Positions 48,234 through 56,896 of a DNA stretch of 64,000 nucleotides are shown in pieces (the stretch's first letter is position 1; each line of letters begins with the position of its first letter). The position numbers were made by a program, and so were the translations under genes. The DNA is from a virus, in UHGV virus genome UHGV-0294963. One strand, written 5' to 3'. The notes beneath the pieces are model-generated. The model saw only the letters and a list, made by a program, of their open reading frames with translations. It made no database searches and was not told the origin of the DNA.

Positions 48234-48560
48234 ATGAAGATAGGCTACATTAATCGATATGACTTGAAACTGAATCCGCATCTGACAGAGCGTTTCAGGT
48301 TTATTGAAGCCAGTGCGACAAGGACTATAAACAGCCAGGGTGATAAGGTACGCTCAAAGATATTGCTTGCTCCCGTTGATTACGAAGAAGTTGCGAGCAC
48401 TGCTAATATAATGAAGGAGAATCCGCAGTTGATTTTAGTTTGTGAGCCTTTTATTCTAGACGACGAGTTGCGTGAGAAGTGCAGGAAGTGGGTAGAATGG
48501 GCGAATAAAGCAGACCCGTCAGAGTATGACCCATTCATAGATGCAGAACAGGAGAGTTGA
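48234..48560 (+). CDS. Hypothetical protein (about 108 aa)
   Basis: ATG after SD GTGAGGTGA. The ORF track gives an earlier GTG at 48222. Confidence 0.35.
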   Translation: MKIGYINRYDLKLNPHLTERFRFIEASATRTINSQGDKVRSKILLAPVDYEEVASTANIMKENPQLILVCEPFILDDELREKCRKWVEWANKADPSEYDPFIDAEQES

Positions 48561-48723
48561 TTATGCTAAGAATTAAGTTCAGGTATAAAGACTGTTATAC
48601 CAAAGGGGAGACGTGGTCTGAGCAAGAATGTGTCATGAGTAGCGTTCATGAGTGCATAAAGTTCTATGGTTTAGACCAGCCTGATGTTGAGTATCAGATT
48701 GTTAGTGTAGAGGAGGTAGCGTA
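48553..48723 (+). CDS. Small hypothetical protein (56 aa; MLRIKFRYKDCYTKGETW...)
   Basis: SD AGGAGAG 6 nt before the ATG. Overlaps the previous stop. Not in the supplied ORF track because it is under 60 aa. Confidence 0.3.
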
Positions 48724-48945
48724 GTGGGAAGAATGACGTCGGAAGCTATGAATGAGAAGTTTTATAACAATTATCGTGCTAGGTATGAAGATGACGAGTA
48801 TGAATACCATGCAGTTTCGGTTAGACAGGCTTGGTATCTTGCTTTCCAGCACTTCGGTGATGAATGTCTTGACTACCTGGCAGAAATAGACCAGGATGGT
48901 GATGAGGTTGCTATACTCTTAGACAAGGAGGAGGAAATATATTGA
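48724..48945 (+). CDS. Small acidic hypothetical protein (73 aa, GTG start)
   Basis: SD GAGGAGG 8 nt before the GTG. Confidence 0.3.
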   Translation: MGRMTSEAMNEKFYNNYRARYEDDEYEYHAVSVRQAWYLAFQHFGDECLDYLAEIDQDGDEVAILLDKEEEIY

Positions 48946-50030
48946 AAGTTATTCACCTGGCTGACCTTCATATAGGTAAGCCATTTCACAAGAAAAGTCT
49001 GCTATTCGACCAGACCTATATGCTGAAAAATGTCCTGGATTTGATGGAATCTCAGAAAGCACATCTGGTTATTGCAGGCGATGTGTTCGATTCTGCAAAT
49101 CCATCAATCGACGCTCAGGAAGTGTTCGTATCCTTTATCAAGGAGGTCGTGAAACTCTGTGATGCGTATAATCTGACTACGATTATTATCGTTGGTAATC
49201 ACGATTCTAATAGACGTCTTGCTTTGTGGGAAGACTTTGTCGGTACTCGAGTTCATATCGTGAACGATACTGTTGAAATACTAATCGAGGGTATTCCGTT
49301 CTATGCAGTTTCTTTTGTAAAACCCACAATCGCACAGACGAAATTCAATCGCCCATTTGAGTCCTATAATGAGGCTTTTGAAGCATATCTGCCTGAAACA
49401 AATCGTGAGAATACAATTCTCATTGCGCATCAGACATTCGAAGGTTGCACTACCGGTTCGTCTGAAGCGATGTCGTTCTTTGATGATGCAGTTAGCAAGA
49501 GAATCGTTCAGGAATTCCCATTGGTAATGGCAGGTCACATTCATAAGAAGCAGAAGATAGGAAATATTTTCTATCCTGGTAGTCTTATGCCTTATGCTTT
49601 CGGTGATGAGTATGCAGGCGGTATTACAGTATGGGACATTAGTACAGGTACGGACGGTAAGCTCACAGCCGGTTCTTCTGTCTATCCTGTACATCTATAT
49701 CGTGAATTCCAGATTGTAAGAGGAGACCTTAAGCATTGTCTAGGTATCGCAGATACAGGAGCCTATATCAAGGTTGAGCTTGTCGATGAGAATGTACCAC
49801 TCGATGTGGCTTTACCTCAACTTCAGAATCATTTCAAGAATATGGTAACGGCTGTTTCTAAGATAACGGACGATTGGGAAGCCGACTTGAATAAACCAAT
49901 GGTTCAATTCGATTCAATAGAATCCGCTCTGGATAGCTTCTGTAATCAGATTGAAGTTCCAGTCCTGGAGTCTGAACAATTACGATTAGTGCAGGAGGTA
50001 GTTCATGAGATTACTGAAACTTCAAATTAA
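48942..50030 (+). CDS. sbcD: SbcD/Mre11-like nuclease (TTG start)
   Basis: Calcineurin-like phosphoesterase motifs IHLADLHIG, AGDVFD, GNHD, GHIH. SD AAGGAGGAGG. Confidence 0.85.
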   Translation: MKVIHLADLHIGKPFHKKSLLFDQTYMLKNVLDLMESQKAHLVIAGDVFDSANPSIDAQEVFVSFIKEVVKLCDAYNLTTIIIVGNHDSNRRLALWEDFVGTRVHIVNDTVEILIEGIPFYAVSFVKPTIAQTKFNRPFESYNEAFEAYLPETNRENTILIAHQTFEGCTTGSSEAMSFFDDAVSKRIVQEFPLVMAGHIHKKQKIGNIFYPGSLMPYAFGDEYAGGITVWDISTGTDGKLTAGSSVYPVHLYREFQIVRGDLKHCLGIADTGAYIKVELVDENVPLDVALPQLQNHFKNMVTAVSKITDDWEADLNKPMVQFDSIESALDSFCNQIEVPVLESEQLRLVQEVVHEITETSN

Positions 50031-52728
50031 GAACTTTATCAGTATCAAGCAAGCGTCTATCGACTTTGAGGAGCTGAATGACGGAGTATTTCTTATCTCA
50101 GGACCTACAGGTTCTGGTAAGTCATCGATGCTTGATGCAATCCACTGGGTACTGTTCGGCAAGACGCTGTCTTCCAACCGCGCAACGGTTACTAAAGAAA
50201 TCCGCAGTACATACGCACCAGCAAATGAGGATACCGTGGTTACTCTTACCTTCAATCAGGACAAGATTGATTATAAGGTAGTTCGCACACTCAAGAAAGA
50301 CGGCGGTACCGCTGTTCAGCTGTTCGCTCCTGGTATCATTTATGATAAGGTAAAGGAAGCGAATGAGCATCTGGAGAAGATTATCGGACTTACGGTTAAG
50401 CAGTTCGACCAGATGGTTATGCTAGAACAAGGTAACTTTTCTAAATTTCTACTTGCAGACTCTCGTACTCGTGCTGAGATTCTACGTGATATTTTTGATA
50501 CTCAACTATTCAAGGACATTGAATTAAGATTCAAAGATAGATGTGCTGATTTGAAGCAGACTATTCTTAATTCTACAGAGCTCGAGCAAAGTCTACTTCA
50601 AGGCGAGATGCTTGAAACTGTTCAGAGTCAGATTATGCTTACAGCTGAAACAATTCAAGAAGAGCAGGCTCGTCTTGATGAGCTGAAAGCAAGTCACAAA
50701 GCAGCCGAGGATATGCTACCAGACATGGTAGCATACGACCAGCAGTATGCTGTATATGCAAAAGCACAGAAGGAACTCGAACAGCTTGCAGCTCTCAAGT
50801 CAGAGGTTGAGGAGCTCTATAAAAAGCGAGACGTATATATGGCGTATGTCTCTGTTCTTGATTGGTATGCGTCTTACCATAAGACCAGGCAGGAGTATGA
50901 CAAGTGCGTAACTGATGAGGCTGATTATCAGAAGAGAATCGCCTCAGTGGTTGTCGATGAAGAACTTTCCGGTAAGGTTTCTGCATTACAAGCACGCCAA
51001 TCAGAACTGACAGCACAACTCGATGCGTTCGCTCAACTCGCTCGTCAGAAGGAGCAGCTTGATAGTTATTATCAGGAGATAGCTGGACTTGCTGATGAAA
51101 AGACCCACCTTGAAACCTGTCTGACCGCTGTTCAAGAAACCAAGGATAATCTTAAGATTAGGCTTGATACTCGACGTGACTTCGACCAGAAAAAGGCTGA
51201 GGTGATTGAGCGAGATAAAGCGAGAGCTCGTATGCAGCAAGACATTGAAGCTTTAGAAACGTTTATAGACAGTAATAAAGCAGTCTACTCAAAGCTACTA
51301 GCACGCAAACTTCTTGATATGAGTGAACCAGGTATTTGTCCCATCTGTGGTACTGTGTACACGGATGAGCACGTGTCGGTAGAAACCTCCGGTAGTAGCA
51401 TTGATTCTAAACAACGTGAATTGGAGACCAAGAAGAACCAGCTAGAAGGTCTCAGAGTTCAACTCGATAGTTTACCAGTGCTTCCGGAACCAGAGTGTAC
51501 TGAGGTAGCACCTTACAACGACCTTCTTACGCAGTGGAATACAACCGCAGCGAAATACAACGAAACACAATCTAAACTCTATGAGGTCGATAAGAAATTG
51601 GCAACATTAACCGGTGCCTCTGAAGCAGCTAAACGGGAGATTGCTAATATCGAATTGAAGGTAGCCAATCTAGTGGAAGTAGAACTTCAGCAAGAGCTTG
51701 ACCAGGTTAATGCTGAGTACAGCGAGCTCTGGGCTAAGGTTGATGATAACGAGATGGCTAAAAGAAGTCGCAACCTACTTGAAGGTTACCTCAGAAGTGT
51801 TCAAGATAAGATGAACACTCTTAAAGCTGAACTCGAGCGTCTGATGGCACTTCCTGAAGCTAAATCTGATGATGACGCAGAACTAAAAGCCGCTTTATCT
51901 TATGCAGACCGGGTAGACGATTATCGAGTTCATATCAATGATTATCTTTACAAAATTCAGCAATATGAAATGCTCAGAGATAATCTGCTATCTGTAGATG
52001 AACCTGTCAATCCACATCCTGGACATACTGCTGCGAGCGTCAGACAGCTAATCACAGATACAAATATCGGTATTGAAGAATCTGTCAGACGAATTGCAGA
52101 AGCACAGAATTCACTTGATGCCCGTAAAGAGTTGGTTAAGCGAGTATCTGATATCAGAGCTGAACGAGATAAAAATACCAAGGCTTATGACCAGCATATG
52201 TACCTTTATAACCTGTTATCTGGCAAGAACAGTTCTAAGATTTCATTCGAGACTTTTGTTCTGCACAGACAGCTTGAATGGATTCTGCAATCGAGTAATC
52301 AATATCTGCATACACTGTCGGCTGGTCAGTTCGAGCTTCAAGTTAAGTGGGAGTCATTGTCAGGTCGTACTCAAGGTGGTTTGGAAATTATGATTACAGA
52401 CCATTTCACAGGTAGCACTCGTCCCGCTCAGACATACTCAGGTGGTGAGCTATTTATGCTCAGCCTTAGTCTTAGCCTGGGATTGATGACTGCGATTGAC
52501 TCACTGTTCACTACAAGAGACTTGAACTTGCTGTTCGTAGATGAAGGATTCGGCACTCTTGATAGTGATTGCCTCAGTCGTACTCTTATGACACTTCGTG
52601 ACTTAAGAAATATCAAGAGTGTGGGAATAATATCACACGTTCAGGACCTCATCGACACGATACCGCAAGGATTCATAGTCGAGAAGACCGCAGCTGGTTC
52701 GAAGATAAAATTGTTCAAGAATATCTAG
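50005..52728 (+). CDS. sbcC: SbcC/Rad50-like SMC ATPase
   Basis: Walker A ISGPTGSGKSSMLDAI. Long coiled coil with central CPICG zinc hook. Signature and D-loop LFVDEGFGTLD. Confidence 0.85.
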   Translation: MRLLKLQIKNFISIKQASIDFEELNDGVFLISGPTGSGKSSMLDAIHWVLFGKTLSSNRATVTKEIRSTYAPANEDTVVTLTFNQDKIDYKVVRTLKKDGGTAVQLFAPGIIYDKVKEANEHLEKIIGLTVKQFDQMVMLEQGNFSKFLLADSRTRAEILRDIFDTQLFKDIELRFKDRCADLKQTILNSTELEQSLLQGEMLETVQSQIMLTAETIQEEQARLDELKASHKAAEDMLPDMVAYDQQYAVYAKAQKELEQLAALKSEVEELYKKRDVYMAYVSVLDWYASYHKTRQEYDKCVTDEADYQKRIASVVVDEELSGKVSALQARQSELTAQLDAFAQLARQKEQLDSYYQEIAGLADEKTHLETCLTAVQETKDNLKIRLDTRRDFDQKKAEVIERDKARARMQQDIEALETFIDSNKAVYSKLLARKLLDMSEPGICPICGTVYTDEHVSVETSGSSIDSKQRELETKKNQLEGLRVQLDSLPVLPEPECTEVAPYNDLLTQWNTTAAKYNETQSKLYEVDKKLATLTGASEAAKREIANIELKVANLVEVELQQELDQVNAEYSELWAKVDDNEMAKRSRNLLEGYLRSVQDKMNTLKAELERLMALPEAKSDDDAELKAALSYADRVDDYRVHINDYLYKIQQYEMLRDNLLSVDEPVNPHPGHTAASVRQLITDTNIGIEESVRRIAEAQNSLDARKELVKRVSDIRAERDKNTKAYDQHMYLYNLLSGKNSSKISFETFVLHRQLEWILQSSNQYLHTLSAGQFELQVKWESLSGRTQGGLEIMITDHFTGSTRPAQTYSGGELFMLSLSLSLGLMTAIDSLFTTRDLNLLFVDEGFGTLDSDCLSRTLMTLRDLRNIKSVGIISHVQDLIDTIPQGFIVEKTAAGSKIKLFKNI

Positions 52729-52742
52729 AAGAATAGCTGATA

Positions 52743-52803
52743 CTGCTTAAATGCACGGGACTGCTTGTAAAGTTATACACGCAACTTCGTAGCATTTAAG
52801 CAG
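52743..52803 (+). terminator. Conserved inverted-repeat element (CTGCTTAAATGCA, 36 nt, GCATTTAAGCAG)
   Basis: Identical 12-bp arms. Sits between the sbcC stop and the polA promoter. The -35-like AACTTCGT lies inside the loop. Confidence 0.5.
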
Positions 52804-52816
52804 TATCGTGTATAAT
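52783..52816 (+). promoter_or_regulatory. Candidate promoter (AACTTCGT, 20 nt, TGTATAAT) for the DNA polymerase gene
   Basis: Recurrent architecture 31 nt upstream of the polA ATG. Confidence 0.45.
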
Positions 52817-52846
52817 ATGTATATAAAATAAGGAGGTAACCATTAG

Positions 52847-55150
52847 ATGCCAAGACGAAGAATTGGACTACCACAGCGAGATAATGCACCTGCCGCTCCT
52901 GTGGAAATTCCAAAATCATTACAAAAGAAATCCAAACCAGTTAAAGATATGGATTCTATCATCGCTCAAGCAAAAGCGATGTCCGAAAAATATGCAGGTC
53001 AATATGAATGCGTAACTGACAAGGATGTTCTTATCGACTATATCGACACCATCATCAAAGAAAGAAGAACAGGTCTTGATACCGAGACTACTGGACTGGA
53101 TATTTTCCATGATTCTGTAGTCGGTTTCTCACTCTATGCTCCGACAAAGAAAGCAATCTATGTACCGATGCTTCATCTGTCAAGATTCACAGGTAAGGTT
53201 GACCTTTCGCAGCTTTCAGTTGAATTCTGTAGTCAACAGTTAGCTCGTCTTAATGACGTTAAGGAGTTGACCATCGATTACTTTAACGCACCATTCGATA
53301 TGAATGTGATTTGGTATTCGATGGGTGTAAAGCTCTGGGATATCTGCTCGAACGATGCGTCGTTGATGATGCGTTTGCTGAACACCGAGCGTCACAGAAA
53401 CAACAACCTGAAGGACTTACACGCAGACTTCTGTTCACATACAACCAGAGGTCCTCGATTCAGTGAGTTGTTCCCTCCTGGAACATTCAATAGATGTCCT
53501 TATAAGTACACCAGCGCTTACGGTGCTCGAGATGCTGAGATGGCAAGTGAGCTTGTTGACTATGCTTACGGTGAACTAAGAAAGCCTGAGAATGCTGGTT
53601 TACTTAGAGTATGGGAAGATATTGAGCGCCCTCTCATCCCGGTACTTCTGCGTATGCGTGAGAAAGGTGTTCTTGTTGATGAGGCTAAGAGAGCTGAACT
53701 CATCGTCAAGTATCGCGAGAAGCTTGAGGAAGCAGAAAAAGATGTTATCCATGAGTATGAACCTTACATTCCCAAGATTAATCAGTGGAGAATGCGTTAC
53801 GGTAGAGCGAAGGGTAAGGTAATCGACATGCCAGTCAAAATAGGTTCTGAAGCTCAGCTGAAGATTCTTCTATTCGACATTATGGGATTGCCAAGACCTG
53901 AATCAGGTAAGGTTGATAAGAACGTTCTTAAAGACCTAGGAGTACCGATTGCTGGTGCAGTTCTGAGATACAGAGAAGCTAAGAAGCTACTGTCTACATA
54001 CCTTGAGGGTCTTGATAAGTTTATCCAGAAGGATGGTTGCGTTCACGGTGGTATTAAACAGCTTGGAGCTGATACAGGACGTACTTCAGCAGTAGACCCG
54101 AATATGCAGAACATCCCATCTCACAACAGAGAAATCAGAACGATGTACATTGCACGTCCCGGAAGGTATTTAATTTCATGTGACTATTCTGGTCAGGAAC
54201 CGCGTCTGACAGCTTCGTTGTCTAGGGACCCGAAAATGATTGAGACATATCAGAAGGGCCTTGACTTATATTCGATGATTGCTGCTGTTGCTTTCAACAC
54301 CACATATGAAGAGTGCCTTGAAAAGAGACCGAACGGTGAGCTGTACTTAGAAGGTAAGGAGCGTAGAGGACAAGCGAAGACGATAGTGTTGGGAATTTGT
54401 TATGGTCGACAAATTCCGTCTATCGCAGAGCAGCTGAAGTGTAGTGTAGACGAAGCTCAGCTTATCTACGATAAAGTTACCAAGAGTTTTCCGGGTCTTC
54501 TTCGAGCTCAAGATGAATCTGCTGAAATGGCTCATACCAAGGGTTATGTTGAAACACTCTGGGGCAGACGAAGACACTTGTCGGTTATGATGCACGACCC
54601 CTATGAATTCAGATATAAGGACGGGTGTAATCCGGATTTTGACCCGTTCGATTTAGATAACTGTAATGACACGAACGAGTTATCAGAAGCGACTAAGAAA
54701 AAGTATATCAAGGACCTGCTGGGGTTCAAGTACCGTCGTGACAAGAATGAGTATATCGAAGGGTTGAAAGCTCAAGGAATTGAGGTGTCTGACTATTCAT
54801 ATCAGATAAGTGAGCAGAGTAGAAAGTGCTTGAATGCCAGAATTCAAGGGTCGGCTGCTGATATGAGTAAGCTCGCAATGATTGCGATTGATAAAGATGA
54901 GCGGCTAAAGAAGCTCGACTGTTATCTACTTCTGATGATTCATGATGAGGTTATATGTGAATGCCCTATCGAAAACCACAAAGAAGCAATCACCTATATT
55001 AAAGAAGATATGGAAAAGGTAGCATCACATCTTCCGGTACCGTTTAAGTCAGACCCTGAAACAGCGGTGTGCTGGTATGGAGCTGAGGTTGATATAGATG
55101 AAGACGGTGAGCTTGAGGACGGAGGCGATGATGGTGAAGAGAGTGCATAA
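52847..55150 (+). CDS. Family A DNA polymerase (Pol I-like, with 3'-5' exonuclease domain)
   Basis: Exo I LDTETTGLD. Motif A DYSGQEPRL. Motif B RRGQAKTIVLGICYG. Motif C LLMIHDEVICE. Confidence 0.9.
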   Translation: MPRRRIGLPQRDNAPAAPVEIPKSLQKKSKPVKDMDSIIAQAKAMSEKYAGQYECVTDKDVLIDYIDTIIKERRTGLDTETTGLDIFHDSVVGFSLYAPTKKAIYVPMLHLSRFTGKVDLSQLSVEFCSQQLARLNDVKELTIDYFNAPFDMNVIWYSMGVKLWDICSNDASLMMRLLNTERHRNNNLKDLHADFCSHTTRGPRFSELFPPGTFNRCPYKYTSAYGARDAEMASELVDYAYGELRKPENAGLLRVWEDIERPLIPVLLRMREKGVLVDEAKRAELIVKYREKLEEAEKDVIHEYEPYIPKINQWRMRYGRAKGKVIDMPVKIGSEAQLKILLFDIMGLPRPESGKVDKNVLKDLGVPIAGAVLRYREAKKLLSTYLEGLDKFIQKDGCVHGGIKQLGADTGRTSAVDPNMQNIPSHNREIRTMYIARPGRYLISCDYSGQEPRLTASLSRDPKMIETYQKGLDLYSMIAAVAFNTTYEECLEKRPNGELYLEGKERRGQAKTIVLGICYGRQIPSIAEQLKCSVDEAQLIYDKVTKSFPGLLRAQDESAEMAHTKGYVETLWGRRRHLSVMMHDPYEFRYKDGCNPDFDPFDLDNCNDTNELSEATKKKYIKDLLGFKYRRDKNEYIEGLKAQGIEVSDYSYQISEQSRKCLNARIQGSAADMSKLAMIAIDKDERLKKLDCYLLLMIHDEVICECPIENHKEAITYIKEDMEKVASHLPVPFKSDPETAVCWYGAEVDIDEDGELEDGGDDGEESA

Positions 55151-55751
55151 GGTGGATATCAGTAGCAATAGTGGTATAAACTCTGTATCCTTAACATTGA
55201 ATATGACATATTCAGATTTCAAGGCTTGGATGTTGGGTTTAGCAGCTATGGGTGATTTATCTAGATTAGCTACCAAGGAGGTTGAGGACGTGCTTATTCA
55301 CGTCCTCGCCACTATGGAAACCACACCTTGGTATCTGAAACACAAGGTGTGGAGAAGGATAAACGATGATGGGGTTCTGAAAGGATACGTAGCGGCTATA
55401 GATAACCTTAGGCTTAAGCAAAAACCAGAACTTATAGAAGCTTCGGTACAAATTGCACACCGAAGTGAGTGGTTAGCTAAGCTAGGTAAAGAGCGTGAAG
55501 AGAAATATAAAGCTAATCTAGAAAAGCAGATAGAAAATCTATGGCGGATAGGTATAGTCGAGGTGTGGTCTGAAGATTGGTTTGAAGATATCGAGGATTA
55601 TCTAGAGCACATTCAGCGTTTGGGATACCACGTTTTCTGGAGCCAAGCTCGCAGAAATAATCAAGGTATGACTCAGCAGGTCTATTACATAACACTCAAC
55701 CCACAGTTTCGGCATATGAGCGAATGGAAAAGGAGGAAAGATAATGGCTGA
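55131..55751 (+). CDS. Hypothetical protein, paralogous to the next gene in its C-terminal half
   Basis: Shared block EDWFEDIEDYLEHIQRLGYHVF...RNNQG versus EQWFSGIEQFLSDLQEMGYHVY...PNNQG. The start is uncertain (55098 or 55131). Confidence 0.4.
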   Translation: MVKRVHKVDISSNSGINSVSLTLNMTYSDFKAWMLGLAAMGDLSRLATKEVEDVLIHVLATMETTPWYLKHKVWRRINDDGVLKGYVAAIDNLRLKQKPELIEASVQIAHRSEWLAKLGKEREEKYKANLEKQIENLWRIGIVEVWSEDWFEDIEDYLEHIQRLGYHVFWSQARRNNQGMTQQVYYITLNPQFRHMSEWKRRKDNG

Positions 55752-56106
55752 CTTTTATCAGAAAGGAGATTGTTTTCCTGAGCTAAAGACGGCGAGCGAA
55801 CAACGAGCTAACGGTGATGCGTGGCGAGAACAGTTACAAATTCAGATTTGGTGCCAGAAGCGTGACGAGATATACCTAGCCATCAATGAGCTATGGAAGA
55901 TTAAAGGTCTTGCTTGGGTAAATATCTGGGAAGAGCAGTGGTTTTCTGGTATTGAACAGTTCTTAAGTGACCTTCAGGAGATGGGTTATCATGTCTACAT
56001 TGGCGATTCAGGTCGCCCTAATAATCAAGGTAAGGTTCAGAAAAGATACTGCGTGTACCTAGAAGCCTTACCGGACACAGAGGAGTGGAGTATAGATGGA
56101 CAGTAG
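55744..56106 (+). CDS. Hypothetical protein (120 aa), paralog of the previous gene
   Basis: SD AAAGGAGGAAAG. Conserved GYHVY...NNQG block. Confidence 0.4.
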   Translation: MADFYQKGDCFPELKTASEQRANGDAWREQLQIQIWCQKRDEIYLAINELWKIKGLAWVNIWEEQWFSGIEQFLSDLQEMGYHVYIGDSGRPNNQGKVQKRYCVYLEALPDTEEWSIDGQ

Positions 56107-56431
56107 AAACAATATAATGAATCGAGACTGGTCAAAAGAGTTCATTACCAAGATGGAAAAGGCTATCGAGACTTCTCACTATAAGTACGGTTGGATGTCT
56201 GATACCTATCCTGAGCTTGCTCAAGCAGCAAGGTGCATACAGGAGCGATTAGACCTCTATAACAAGACGCACAACCTAGATTATCTGGTAGATATCGCCA
56301 ATTTCGCAATGATTGAATACAAACACCCTTCTTATTCGGACGCAGCTTATACGCCACAGGACAGTGACAAATCACCAGGTCTTGCGGGAGGAATTTCACA
56401 TAAGGAGTTGATGGAGCAGTATGACCGTTGA
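56096..56431 (+). CDS. Hypothetical protein (111 aa)
   Basis: SD GAGGAGTGGAG. Confidence 0.35.
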   Translation: MDSRNNIMNRDWSKEFITKMEKAIETSHYKYGWMSDTYPELAQAARCIQERLDLYNKTHNLDYLVDIANFAMIEYKHPSYSDAAYTPQDSDKSPGLAGGISHKELMEQYDR

Positions 56432-56714
56432 CGACAGACTAGCTAAGATTGGATTTAGTAAGGTGTATGAAGATGTTCGGCGTGTTCACTATGAGAGGTA
56501 TGACAAAGAGTATAGATATTATCACACGGTAGTGATAGAACGTCGAAGTGTCTGGAATGAATTCCGACTGCAGTCTTATGATGAGAACCTCATCGATAAT
56601 AAAAGCATTGGTAATACTAACGTGGCATTATCTACTGCCGAACTAAAGCTATTTCTTAAAAAGATGAAGCAGAAAGAGTACGAATATGTGAAACACAGAA
56701 TGATACGGATTTAA
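56421..56714 (+). CDS. Hypothetical protein (97 aa)
   Basis: SD AAGGAG. Last gene of the plus-strand block. Confidence 0.35.
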   Translation: MTVDDRLAKIGFSKVYEDVRRVHYERYDKEYRYYHTVVIERRSVWNEFRLQSYDENLIDNKSIGNTNVALSTAELKLFLKKMKQKEYEYVKHRMIRI

Positions 56715-56728
56715 GCCACCAGAGAGAA

Positions 56729-56768
56729 ACACGGTAGTGTCGTTGTCGACACTACCGTGTTTTTATTT
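56729..56768 (+). terminator. Rho-independent terminator (stem ACACGGTAGTGTC / GACACTACCGTGT, 6-nt loop, TTTTTATTT)
   Basis: Perfect 13-bp stem plus U-tract, 15 nt after the last plus-strand gene. Confidence 0.75.
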
Positions 56769-56856
56769 GTAGTTATATGATACATAAATCACGTTGCTAC
56801 ACAACGCACGCTAATGATTTGCGTGTGGTTCACACGAATCACATAAACTTATACAT

Positions 56857-56896
56857 GATTTACTACCGTGTGGTATGCTTTAGCGTGCTACGTGAT
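56857..56896 (+). repeat. Conserved roughly 40-bp element copy 2 (GATTTACTACCGTGTGGTATGCTTTAGCGTGCTACGTGAT), at the convergent block junction
   Basis: Near-identical to 48071-48110. An additional inverted half-copy (CGCACGCTAATG) lies at 56797-56808. Confidence 0.55.
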
